Source: Blasia pusilla
Lineage: Eukaryota
DNA: 64,000 nucleotides
Assembly: GCA_050084515.1 (NCBI GenBank)
Contig: CM114271.1
Coordinates: 27,032,001-27,096,000, forward strand
Reading direction: 5' to 3'
The translations under genes were made by a program, and so were the position numbers. The first letter of the stretch is position 1. Each line of letters starts with the position of its first letter. Below the pieces are notes generated by a model. It searched no databases. It saw only the letters and a program-made list of their open reading frames with translations, and was not told the DNA's origin. Shown one piece after another: positions 26,124-38,671 of this stretch.

Positions 26124-29075
26124 TGGTATCAGAGCCCAGGACGCTGTCACAAAAATGTATCTGCAAGATGAATTGCAGACTCTTAAGATGAAAGAAGGCG
26201 ATAGTGTTACCAAACATGTCCATCAATTTAGGACATTGATTGATCAACTCCACGCTGCTGGATCGGTGACTACTGATGAAAATCAGTATCTTGCATTGAT
26301 GCGATCAATGCCCAATAGTTACCGCAACTTATTGACCTCATTGCGAGGTCAGAGTAACCTTACTTCGCAATCTGTGAACACTTTCCTTCTTCGGGAGGAG
26401 AAAATCATGCAGATGTAGACTGCTGAACCGTCCTCAGTTTTTTTTGTTGGACGAGGTTCTGCCCCTTTTCATTCGAAGTCCAAATTCAGCAATTCGAGGC
26501 AAGGAGGCTCCTTCAGAGGTTACGGTCGAGGCAAAGCTCCTCAGAAAGGTTTTGGTCCTTTCAAACCAGGATTTGTTCCTGCTTCTATGACGATTCCACA
26601 TGGCGAATCGTCCAATCATCAAGCTGATTGGCAGGCTTCATCCTCCAATCAGCAGAACACTTATAAGAAAATGAAGTGTTTCTACTGCAATTTGCAGTGG
26701 CATCATATTAAAGATTGCCGAAAACGTCTTGCAGATCAGCAAATGCAGTCCAGATTGTTTGCTCCAAAAGCAAATTTTACGCCTCATCTCTTCTTTACCG
26801 TTGCCTATTCAACTTCGGCTTCAGATATTCAAGATAACACATGGTATCTTGATACCGGTGCTACTCATCATATGGCCTCCTCCACTCATTACTTTTCCAA
26901 TTACACTCCGTATGAAAAATCTTCGTATGTTTTCCTAGGTGATAACTCTAGTCTAGAGATAAAAGGATCTGGACACGTTGAGATCCTTCTGACTAATGGT
27001 ATTCGATACATTCTTCGGAATGTTCTCTTTATACCAAGCTTGAAGAAAAAACTTTTCTCAGTCAAGCAACTAGACACTTCAGGAGGATTTGCCTTGATTC
27101 ACAACGGAAAGTGCATACTCCGTGATTCTACAGACCAGATCATCACAACATGTTATTTAATCAATGATTTGTACAAACTCGGACAAGCTGTTCTTCCACC
27201 CTCCCGATTTTCTCCCATTACAGTTGCCACCACGATTCTTCCCACGATCGCTGATCTGTGGCATCACCGTTTGGGTCACATCAGCGCCACTCGTGTTTCT
27301 CAACTTCAAAATCAGCAAAATGGCTGGCGGACTTCCACGGCATAATCCCTCTTAGATTTCTTCATGTCGAGACTGCCTACATGGCAAGCAAACTCGCAAA
27401 CCTTTTTCTAACACTTCTCCACTCTATAGAGCTCTCAATGTTTTAGAATTAATTCATACAGATATTTGCGGGCCTATTTCTCCCCCTACTCATTTGGGTT
27501 TTTGGTCTTTATTGACAATTTCTCCCGGTATACTACTGTTTACCTCCTCCATTACAAATCCGAAGGTTTTCCCCGTTTCACTCAATTTGTGGCTAATGTA
27601 GAGACACGACATCAACCTCGACGCATTCAAACATTGCGATCTGAAAATGGTGGGGAATTTAAGTCATCTGCTTTCTTAGACTTCAGCCATTCTCGAGGAA
27701 TCTCCAGGCAGTTCACTGTTCCCCACACACCACAACAAAATGGTGTTTCAAAAGGTAAGAAGAGAACTCTTGCTAATTCTGTCCATTCTATGCTTTTCCA
27801 TTCTGCTCTCCCCAAGACTTATTGGGGTGAAGCTTTGGTCACTGCTAATTATTTGCAAAATCGTCTTCCGAGCAAAGCATTTCCACTTTCCAAAACACCC
27901 TATGAGTTATGGTTTAATCGTAAACCTGTGTTATCTCATCTTCGTATTTTTGGAAGCCCTGCATTTGCTAACATCAATGATCCTCATTCAAAGTTGGATT
28001 TTCGTGACCGAGGAATGCATTTTCCTTGGTTACAAGTGACCAAAGCAAAGCCTTGCGTCTCGAGAGACCGAGAGACAAAACTATCATTCTCTCCCGTGAT
28101 GCTATAGTTCTTGAAGATCGATCGCTCAGACCACTCCATCTTCCGCTTCTTTCGATGCGTAAGATCCGCTATCGATCCGATCCTCTATTTTTCCGCTCAT
28201 CCCCTAATCCTCAAACTTCCTTGCCTATTCCTCGCTACTTCCCGATTATTCCCTCGGTGGGAACACCCTCTCCTTCCATGTCATCTTGGTGGGAGTTCAA
28301 CCTTTTCAAGTCCGCCACATCCGGAGGATATGCCTTCACCAACGGTCTCTTCCATCGCACACCCTGCACTGGTCATGGGTGTACCCATCTTTACTATGAA
28401 AGAAGACAACGAGCTCCTACTCCTCCTCTTGCTCAAAGAAAAAGTCCTCGCATTACTCGGGCTATTGAGCGTTACGATGCACTTATTGAAGCTGAGAAGA
28501 ACAAGAAGCGAGCTGCAGAGAAGCGTTGGGCCTTGCTCTCATCTACTTGTTCTTTTCTTGAACCCCAATCTTATGAAGAGGCTATCTCTAGACCTGACTC
28601 TTCACATTGGAAGGCTGCCATTTCTGCTGAACTTCAGAATATGGCTAGAATGAAGCTCGGGGGGGTCACTATGTGGAGGGCTCTACATCACCTACGACGT
28701 TTTAGGGTCTAGACCCCCTAACTTATAAGTGAAAAAATAATTTTTTCTTACCCTTATGTATTTTAAAGGAATCATTTTTCATTTTTGGTACCCCTAAAAT
28801 TCTTTAAGTAAAGCAATCACTTGAAATAAATAAGACCTTGAAAGAAAAGAAAAGCACCAACTTAAGTTAACATCCAACATGTTATCCTTACTTTATGACA
28901 AAGGGGAATTGAACCCCTAATTGAGCAAGAGGCTCAATCAGCCAATCTGTCATCCCCCTAGCCTACTCCCTCCCATTATCGTGCTCACAATTCAAGAGTG
29001 TCAAATACATTCTAAGCACACTCCATAAAAATATTTAATTTAACATATCTCAAACATAAAAAAAACTCACCAAGA

Positions 29076-32000
29076 TCAGCTCACACTCTGAATATATGTA
29101 GTCAAAGCATGTAAGTCAACTGAATCAAGTATGTATATTCTGTCTTGTACCCCTGATTTCATTGTCAAATTCACATTAGAGATCACCATTTCAATATCAA
29201 TCCATTGCACATCTATTGCATCATAACTGAACAAGGTTTTGGTGTTACCATGGCCGAAAGACTTATACCAATTACACATAATATGACAAATGCTTCCCTT
29301 TTGTCCAGGAGGAGGTACAGGCTTGTTTAACAAGTCCAAGGCCGTACGACGTTTTGACCAATGTGAACCATTCTTTTGAATCATAAACACAATACGCCCC
29401 AACCAATACTCTTTTTTTGCAACTCCTGCCTCCACTGCAAGTTGTGTCTCATGGTCAAATCAATATGGTTCAAATCTTCCTCAGTTCTGCTTGAACAGAT
29501 GCAAACACATGTCTTACTTCATGTCCTAATACTTCCATTTCAATGGATTTCGGATCAATGTCAATATCTATCTCTTCGTTATCTATTATGAAAGGTACAT
29601 TGATATCACAACTTTCCTCTACAACCCAAGAATCAATATGGTTCAAATCTTCCTCAGGGTCCTTAAACTCTGAAGACTCCCCAGTTGGCTGCTCATATAT
29701 TGGAGACACTATTGTGGATCGGTTATCTTCATGTTCTTCAACATCATCACATGACACTACTTCCCTTATTGAAGGTGAATGAGGCCATGTCTCGGCCTCC
29801 ACATCCCATGGATTCATCCACCACCTTCTCTTTGCAATTGGCAAGGAACTCCTTGGAGACATGTTCAACAACCTCAAAAGCTCTTTTGCTGCATCCAACC
29901 CTTCTTTAAGAGCATCAACAACCAACTCATTAGTCCCAACCAATGAATAATCAAATAGATTCGGAGCCTGGTCTCCTTCACCAAGAGGATGCAGTTTTGC
30001 CCAAATATGATCTTGCTTATGATGTGAACGACGTATCTTTAATCCTTCTCGGTCCATACTCTAGGCCAGCCAGTCGATTCACTCCTACTACACTATCTAA
30101 TAGAGATCCAAAGTCATAGTTTCTTTCATGACCACTCATGCCACCTACCTTGCTGAAAAAAATCTCACAACAATCAGATCCTAGCAAGTGAAATGGAACT
30201 TGAAGATATGGAAACTTGTCTCGAAATGCACAAACTAAGAGTACAATGAAATGGCAAGACATGTTGATATCATGGAAAGCTTGAATAGAGATCATATTTT
30301 TTTCTGTGACACATCGAGTATTCCTTGTCAAAGAATGGTCACCGTACCTCAACCATAGCCTCCACAGTCGGAGAAACCAAGATACCTTAGATGCCAATAC
30401 TATACGAGTTCTCAAGTCATGCTTCACAGAGAAGAAAATGTCGATGTAATCTGCACAAATCTCAAGGTACAACTTTGTCCCAAAACTTCTATCATGTCGA
30501 ACATCTTGCCGCTCAAACATGTGGTGTAGGCAAGCTTGGACTCTCCTAGATGCTATCCGTTGTGGGCCAGCCCAGTTCTGTCTGTCGGTCCTATTCACAT
30601 CATCCCAGTTCAAGCCATGCTCCTCAATTTTATAATGGTTATAAATTGACGTCACATAGGACAACGATGCGTGTTGGTCACCAAGCACTAGCATGGCAGC
30701 ACATCGGTCCAATGGGTTAATAGCCTTTTTCCCATTGTGAGGTGGATCTTGGTCTCCAAAGCCATACAAGTCTCCATTTGGAAGAATGGACACAGAATAC
30801 TGCCACCCTTCCCACCCTACTTTATACCTTGGAAAAGAACCATTCATACCAGTATAATCTTCCATCATTAATTTCCTACGACGAGCATCACCATCACTAG
30901 CATGCCCCAGTAAAGGACCAACATTGGCTTTGCAATATTCATCCCACATGGATTTCAGCTGCACCCAATGTTCCCTCACCCAATCTGCTTTGAATCGATT
31001 ACAAGTTGCGGTGGCACAGAGCGCCAATTTTGGCATTTTCTCATGCAAAGGATTCACAATTACTACTCTAGCATCAATACCTTTCGCATATTTCTCAAAA
31101 GTACTCACAATTTTATCATACCCTTCATTACCTTCCCCAACAAGTACTTCCAAGCCAAAAGAGCATGTATGTTCTTCCGAGGGACCACAAAAACCAATAA
31201 GCGTGTCATATTTAGCCTCCCATCTCTCACAACAGAAATATCAAGTTAGAACATAAACCCAATAGAAAACAATAAACATGACATATAAATGTGCAAAGTA
31301 ATATTATCATTATGTTAGAGCATACCCATACATATATCAAGACCAACTTTCTCCAAAGATTCTAACACACCTTGGCCTTTCTTTTATCCTTGTTTCATCC
31401 TCAGCGAACATTACAGGCACATCTCCCTCGATTCCAAGTAGTTGTTTTGATGCAAATAGTACTCGGGAGACCTCTTGAAATATCTCTTTTTGTAGCCCAG
31501 CTCTAAAGGGTGGTAGTTTTGCTCTATCACGTTTCAAGGTCTTCAGACTTGGCCCTCCCAAGTTTTCCTGAAAGCAGTGGGCAACTTGTCGGCCACCAAA
31601 TTGGAATATGGCTTGGGAAAAAGCTTTGGTTCTCTTATTGTAACGATAACCATTGGCCACTCTTTGCAAATTCTTAGCCACATCTTTCACGAAATCCCAC
31701 AACCCCTCCTTACCACCAAATGCCCCATCCCTATGTCCATTTACTACGTTCCTAAGAAAGAGTCTCAAATCTCTCCTATCTGCAGCTACTCCTAACATGT
31801 CTTCTAGCTTCTTTCGCCTAATACTCAAGGCACAAATTCTTTGTGATTGTTGTGCCAAAAGCCAACGTTGTCTCCTAAATTGAGTGTTCAATTTTCCCAC
31901 ATGCTCCCTCAACTCTGTCTTGGTCAAGTACTTCATGGCCATCCCTCTTTGAGTTGTCCTGCCTCCTCTATGCACTAAAGCTTCCGCTTCCCTGTGCACC

Positions 32001-33465
32001 CGACCACGAAAGTCATCCTCCCGCTTAATGGAGTCACAATGACTACAAGTGAGGTTCTCAAACCCTCCCCCATTACTTGACAATCTAGAGCAAAGCTTGT
32101 GCCTAAAACAACCTTGTATACATACAATTGACCTACTACTTGGGTTGAACACTTGCGCCAAGTGGTAAGCTCACAATCCCAAATAGTTCCTCATGTCGAT
32201 CATCTAGTATGGCCTTCACATCCATCAACTCTCCTCTCCATTGGACGGTTGACTTAAGCCCCAACAAAGCAAACTTAGTCCAAAATCAATGGAGGAAGCA
32301 AACCCACCTTTTCTCGAATCTGCTTCCTTCCTTGAAGGCATCGGGCTAAAGAATTTGGTAATGGAATTTTGAGACGAAATAAGTCCCTAGGATCTGGCTT
32401 CTTTGGTCTTCCCTTCTTCCAGCACCTCAAGACAAGTTGGGCAAAGGTGACCTCTCTAGTATCAAGAGCATCCAAGTGATCACGACTAACCAAGTGTTGT
32501 CGTAGATTATGCTCCAAATTGGCCTTTCTTGGGCACATGTCTGTGTGCAACTTGCCACAGATTATACATCATACCTTGAACAGGTATGACGTGTGTGCAA
32601 ACTGTGTATCAGCAACAGATGGCGTCATAGAGAACACTACTATCTCACCCCCAACCTCTACATTCATTTTCTCAACTATTCCTAAACCTACGGTGATCTG
32701 ATGTTCATGATCCCATTGAGGTTGTTGTATAATGTCACTAGGAGAAATCAATGTACTAGGTAGACCCCATCTCTTACAAAAATTGTCCTTGTGCTTAGGG
32801 TTGTTGAGATGCTTAGTCTTGAAATTGCTAAAGCAATTTGCAATTGATTTTAAAACTTGGGAATTAGCTGCATTCCCATAAGTCTCTCGACACTCTAAGC
32901 ACTCTAGGTGCCCTCGAACATCTTGCCCCTCATCCCACGTTCGCACTCTCCACTTATGCTCATCATATCCTTGTCGCTTTACCCAATCTTTAAGCTTGCT
33001 CCACTCTTCATTCCAACTCTTTGCTGCCACCTCACACATAAGCACTGACTCAAATGAACCTGTGACAGGCAATGTATTGACTACTTGCTCTTGGGTTGTG
33101 GCTTCGTATGTGATTGAGACCCAACATTTGTGTCCTCTATGATAGACACAGAGAAAGAGCAGCAGAGATGAATGCAAGGACACAATTGCAACCCCCAATA
33201 CATCCAGAGGCTTGTTGTGCAATCACAAAACACTCCCTTCAAGTTCACTAATCTCAATGAGGTTCTCAATAGGATGTCTAACTCTACCTGGTAGCCTATC
33301 ATCCCAAAAATCAAATTCAAAGTCAATCGCCCCTAGCACATCGAAAAGTGCGGAAGTCGGCCGTGTTTGTCCTTCTTTGAAGGACAACACACAAATTGGT
33401 ACATCATCCTTCCCTTCCGCAGTCTTTTCTACTAGTCTCACTGAGTTGGAACTAGGGTTTGCCAT
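29076..33465 (-). pseudogene. P-element-like transposase gene: N-terminal C2H2 fingers, RNase H-like DDE core with insertion domain, C-terminal domain; disrupted outside the core
   Basis: The core is ORF 31337-32161 spliced (GT..AG intron 31224-31370) to the ORF ending at 30017. Motifs: FAEDETRIK (D1), LIGFCG, HASDGDARR (D2), DQDPPHNGKK (DxxH), DRQNW, GTKLYL..DYIDIF and GSDCCEIFFS (E). Frameshifts and stops occur in the flanking parts. Confidence 0.75.
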
Positions 33466-33817
33466 TTGTACAAGGTGTCAAAGGCATTCAAACTGTCATA
33501 TATGTAGTTCAACCTGTCATGTACCACAAAAACAAACAAAAGAGGTCACAAATCAAAGTTTGTTATGCTTCTACAACAATTGATAGCCATACATAACATC
33601 AAATAACTATCCTCATTCCAACTTCAAGACTTAATCCATTTAATTCATTACAACCCAACCAAAACGTCCATTCAACATGAGTTATAGTTTTGAGTCTGAA
33701 GATACAAAACTCTTGAAAACATCAAAGTAATTTGTGCAAAATATTACACCTGAAATATGTAATGAGACTATAGACCCATTGTTCTTACCTACAAAATTTC
33801 TCTATCGTATTCAGTGA

Positions 33818-34513
33818 TTAAACCCAAGAGATATGTTGATAATTTGTAGTGCCTAATGTGGGGACAATTGGATGATCAGGGCAATAGATCATCCATCTGA
33901 TCTCATTATGTGCAACATGACGCCAAGATTCTCTGCCAGGTGTAAAACCTTCCTCCTTGCTCGCTGCCAAGCAACCCAAATGCCATGTCTTCGGATATCT
34001 CAAACATTGGACGACGTTTGCTAGATGCTCACTGCGATGCGGCATGTTGCATGCCACACATGTATGGAGAGGGCAACACTGTACATCAAGTGGCAAGCAT
34101 CCAAGGCAGAAGAAACGAACACAGAAAGGTTGGGGGCATTGTCTCATATTAGTTTGAATGGAAGCCATTCTACCACACTTGAAACATTTGTATGTCCCGG
34201 AGGTACACTCTAGACAATACCAAGGGTCGTTCACCTTATCCTTTGGAATGACCACTGCGGGGCAATGAGACACCGTCTGGCCAAATCTATGAACATGGTG
34301 AAATTGTCGATGGCAAAGCCCATCACAAATCACTAGATCTCCATGCAAATCGCAAATAGCACACAAATGAGGACTGCATTGTCGCAACTCAATATCTGAG
34401 AATAGGGGAATTTGTGGCAACCTCATGCTCATCTTCTTCCTAGAGTGTGGATTATTCTTGGCTTGCCCCTTGTACCTTGCCGTTATGGCTACTGGACATT
34501 TAAACATGGACAC
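33818..34513 (-). CDS. EDM2/NSD-like tandem PHD-finger protein carried by the transposon
   Basis: CAICDLHGDLVICDGLCHRQFH...WYCLEC...CFKCG...C...C.RFF...CPLHTCVAC...CLRYPKTWHLGCL...SW...MIYCPDH..PTLGT...HI follows the Cys/His pattern and C-terminal extension of the plant EDM2 PHD cluster. The 5' exons are unresolved. Confidence 0.7.
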   Translation of the reverse strand: MSMFKCPVAITARYKGQAKNNPHSRKKMSMRLPQIPLFSDIELRQCSPHLCAICDLHGDLVICDGLCHRQFHHVHRFGQTVSHCPAVVIPKDKVNDPWYCLECTSGTYKCFKCGRMASIQTNMRQCPQPFCVRFFCLGCLPLDVQCCPLHTCVACNMPHRSEHLANVVQCLRYPKTWHLGCLAASKEEGFTPGRESWRHVAHNEIRWMIYCPDHPIVPTLGTTNYQHISWV

Positions 34514-35247
34514 TGAATTAGTTATAACTTAACCAAATAGAAGATATAGGCATGCATAATTGTAGACAAACTAAAAGACTTAAAAGTCAATTGCTTAGAA
34601 CTCAACTAAATACCAACTCTCACAAAAATAAACTATGCCTGAAAAAGAAGTAGAATCCTTCCTAGGGTAGTTCTGAATGCCTGCTGCAAATGCTTTGAAA
34701 TGAGGGTCTGATAACACACAATGTAGAATAACCATAGAATAATTGTTTCTGCTAGCTCGAGAGAAGAAATAGGCTATAGACATAAACTCAACATCCCCAC
34801 ATGTTGAACACACCTCAAAGGCAGGTTGGATAGTTACATAAGACCACATTACCAATCTGTGCCCTTGTGACCAAGTGGACGGTACCAACTTTGGCCAGCA
34901 GGTACACACTAAGAAACAATTGGGTACTACTCTCATCCCACCCAAAAGGTAGAGAATTGCAAGAAGCGGCATGGATTTCTAGATGTACAACGTGGACGAG
35001 AAGTCTTCCCTTACTTCACAAAAGGGACATGATGCTGATAGCCTGAAGTGAAAGGTTGCAGAACCCCTATAGTTCCAATGACTCTATATGAGATGGGAAT
35101 AACAACAAAATCCTTGAATGGGGCACCGTGTGGGGAGCGGTAATTTGCTCGACGGGCCCCTTAAATGCATCATGCAGCCTCTCTCTCAAGGCTACGACAG
35201 GCACGACAGGAACTACGCAAGGCTACGACAGGCACTACTCATTGAGT

Positions 35248-35251
<4 letters not shown>

Positions 35252-35280
<29 letters not shown>
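35252..35280. repeat. (TC)n microsatellite
   Basis: Directly visible. Confidence 0.9.
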
Positions 35281-35282
<2 letters not shown>

Positions 35283-37599
35283 GATCCATCGCTTCACGCC
35301 GCCAACACAATGTGCATGGGTTGTTGCTAGCCAGCTAGCGCGGATAAAAAATCTTCCACCTCTAGAAGATCGTCCAGCTCCGTTTCTTGCTCGCACAGGA
35401 GCTCCACGAAAGAACCAAAATTGCTACGCAGTGTTCGCGGTGAGATTCTTGCTTCCTCTTACAGCATTCAGAGTCAGATTTTGCTTCCCCTCTCAACTTT
35501 CTAGAGTTAGATTTTTGCTTCCTCTCACAGCTTTTCGGAGTCGGATTTTCGCTTCCGCTCACAGCGTTCAAGGCCTTTCTCCACTTGAGAGAAGTAATGA
35601 CGACACATATATCCTTGAACCTTAGAGATTCTCCGTATCCTTCTAGTGCCTCCCTTGCAGCTTCCTCAGTTTGATCCGCATTCTTTTGCTTCCGCAAGAT
35701 TTCCCCAGACAGGTTCAACTTGGACCTAGAGGCTACCCATCTGTCCACAACATACCTCAGAGTCTTCTCGCACTGAGCCCAGTATGATCCTCAGTGGAAT
35801 TATCCTTGGAGATCTCTATATTCAACAGCCTCAGCTGCTCACCCAGAGATGAGTTCCTTTGACAGCATGAGGGGGATCTTGTCCGTTTTGAAATTAGAAT
35901 TGGACACAGCTTTTGTGCTTCTCACGAGAGCTATCATCCTCGGCTTGAGATGGAGAGGCATCGGAGTCTCTCAGCAAAATAGAAGAGCTTCTTAACGCTC
36001 AGGAATAAGCGGAAACTACACGAGAGGATCTCCGACAGGTCCTAACGCTTGCCTCAAAGCTGAAAGTAGAGACATTCAACCAAGGCTATGGTCACAAGGC
36101 TACGACAGGCACTACTTAATGAGTACAGTCTCTATGGGGTAGATTGATGAAGAAAACCACTTCTTCTAGATCAAGATAGCTAAGCAGGTGGGAATTCTGA
36201 ACAATATTTGCACAGCAATTTTATAGTTCAGGCCCAATGCACTCCTAGGGAACTTCCCCTATGAGGCTCACTCGGGTTCTATTGACAGAACCACCAACAA
36301 CGGGGACATCCTCATTATAGGTGATGTCAAGAGAAGAATGGGCAGCAACCAAGCTCCAATCTATATGCCAACCAGGAATATGGAGGCACATGCTAAAAAA
36401 CATCATCCCTTAAATTCGTCTCTGAAGGAACTTCACCGCAACTCCAATGCACATCGGAAGACACGTAAAAGCTAAATTGGTTGGCTTGGTGAATGCCGAT
36501 CGCATCTTGCAAAACAAACTGCAATCCTTGGCGACTCTAGTGGCGCTTTCAAAGCCCAAATGCCCCCTCTGGTGAAGACATAGAGAGCTATTCTCCGCGC
36601 CTTTCACTTTACGTAAAGACATGGACACTAAAACAATTGTTGGACATATACGTGTGACACTATTAGTGTGAATGTTGGGCTCATCGGAAGAAGATGCCCA
36701 ATTCCTTTCACCCACGCTCTGGTTGGGCTACTCAAATTTGAGCTTGCCCGATGTGCAAGTCTATTGATGGCAAGACAAGGCGATGGTGATCTCGAACAAT
36801 GCGTGAGCGCGCGTAAACCTTTTGTCGAGAGAAATTTGGACCAGCGGAAGATCGGTGAGCTTTGAAATGCGGTTGCTTCACTCTCACAGGGGCCATGTGA
36901 ATCTGAGGTGGCTACATCACTAAAAACCATAATGGTCCACTCCGTCCATTGTCACCCTTGTAGGAAATGAAATCAATGCCAATTTAGTAGGTCAGCAACC
37001 ACTACCCACCATCGTGACTAGCTTTGGCTTTCAGTCGAGACACGTGAGGCTGCTCACTGCACCCGTTAAACTTGGCCGAGTGTACATCGCCTGTAGCTAG
37101 TTGATGGTATGCTTTGTCTAAATCGACTGAAATCTCTGAAGGGTGACATGCAATTAGACAGAATTAGAGATCTTTCGGATTTGGAAGCGTACAGTTGCCA
37201 AGAAATGGAAGGGAACCAGTGATGAAGGGCGTGTACTAAGTGGGCATTCTAACGCGAGATAAGAAAGTGATTGTAAACGACCGTTGGCAATATGCTAAGA
37301 GCTTACCAATACACAAAGCTGGATGAATTTGTCGCCGAACCGATGAAAGAGGTTGGATTGCAATAGAATTAGGCTCAACTCGTTCTCTGGCTATCAGCAA
37401 TGGAGACTCTCTCGATTAGGCTCAGGTGGAAGAACATCTCGAAACTGGAAGATGATCTATCCGTGAAGAAGCTGGACGCATTCATATTCCGACACAACAA
37501 ACTGGAAAAGAAGAAGAACCATTCATACCTAAAGTTTTTTGGATTCATCACCCCCCGGCTGACAAAAAAAAAAAATCCACTCACCTTCCAATCGACGCC

Positions 37600-37684
37600 C
37601 TCTCGCCTTACAAAATCAGGCCACTCCCGATCACTTTCGCTCTCGCCTTACAAAATCAGGCCACTCCCGATCACTTTCGCTCTC
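37600..37684. repeat. Perfect 40-bp tandem duplication inside the transposon
   Basis: CTCTCGCCTTACAAAATCAGGCCACTCCCGATCACTTTCG occurs twice in tandem. Confidence 0.9.
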
Positions 37685-38165
37685 CTGCTGCGCCACTCCA
37701 CTCGAGTCACGCTAAGCCACGCTCTCCTGCCCTGAGAAAGTTGTGCACTCGGAAGGGGCTTCAAGTTGCGGCTCAATTTGGCGCTCAAAGCTGGTCTTCG
37801 AAGGCCAAAACCCTAGACCCAACAAACCCAACTAAAATTGAGAGGGAAACTTCAAAGTAAGCACTTCCTTCTTCCCTCTAAAACTTTTCCATAAAATTGA
37901 TTTTTTTAGCTAGGGAAGCTAATTTTTGTAAAACAATAATTTAATATATGTAGATGTGACATGTATAAACCCTATCTTATCTTAACATTTTCCATGGAAG
38001 GAAGACTAATAAAAAATACCTATTGTTCTTATAAGAGTTTGATGGAATAAATTATGCCCTATTATTCTTCCACAAAACTTAATAAGTCTTCCGATGGACG
38101 CAATTAAAAAACCCCTAACTTTTTCGCACGTGATGGGGCATTTGTGTGGAAGTGAGACCCCCGAG

Positions 38166-38671
38166 CACGTAGAGAGCAAGGATCAGAAAATTTGAGTCCT
38201 TGTTCAGAATGTAAATATTAGAGTCAACAGTGGTGCTGACAAAACCAATGTCGAGTAAAACATAGTGACATCGTTCATACCGCATATGGGCTGATTGCTT
38301 CAAACCATAAATGGACCTTTCGAGAAGGCAGACCAAGTTATTATGGGGAACTAGCAAGCCTGGAGGAAGGGCCATGTAGATCTTGTGTTGCAAGAATCCA
38401 TATAGAAAAGTAGTGATTACATCTAATTGATGTAAGTCCACGTTGAAATAAGCAGCGATAGCAATTACAATACGAAGAGATTGAAGTTTAACAGTAGGAG
38501 AAAAGGTCTCGTCATAATCAAGATCAGGAACTTGAGTAAATCCTTTAGCAACCAGACGGGCTGTGTACTTGTGGATCGTGCCATCCACATGAGGTTTCAT
38601 TTAAAAAACCCAACGGCAACCAATTGTGCTTTGATTAGGAGGAAGGGGAACCAAAGTACAAGCCTTCATTC
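38166..38671 (-). other. Inverted segment of the Copia RT coding region
   Basis: The RT N-terminal half (TLVPLPP..KYTARLVAKGFTQ..SIYGLKQS..LALYV) reads on the minus strand. The rest of pol reads on the plus strand and resumes at LYVDD near 38675. Confidence 0.95.

Larger units (their letters stand above)
28656..38165 (-). mobile_element. 9.5-kb TIR DNA transposon of the P-element superfamily type, nested in the Copia element
   Basis: Left end CTCGGGGGGGTCACT versus the reverse complement of the right end CTCGGGGGTCTCACT (13/15 match). Each end abuts an 8-bp sequence that is duplicated nearby (GAATGAAG; TCTACGTG). It encodes a DDE transposase with a DxxH motif. Confidence 0.85.

Noticed and set aside
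35440-35570. Short repeats here and at 2050-2140, 2570-2810 and 4240-4300 as CRISPR-like arrays
   Set aside because: They are degenerate tandem duplications without unique spacers or cas genes.
36410-36930. Possible SET or CXC domain relic within the P-like element
   Set aside because: The Cys pattern is too weak and broken by stops to support a call.
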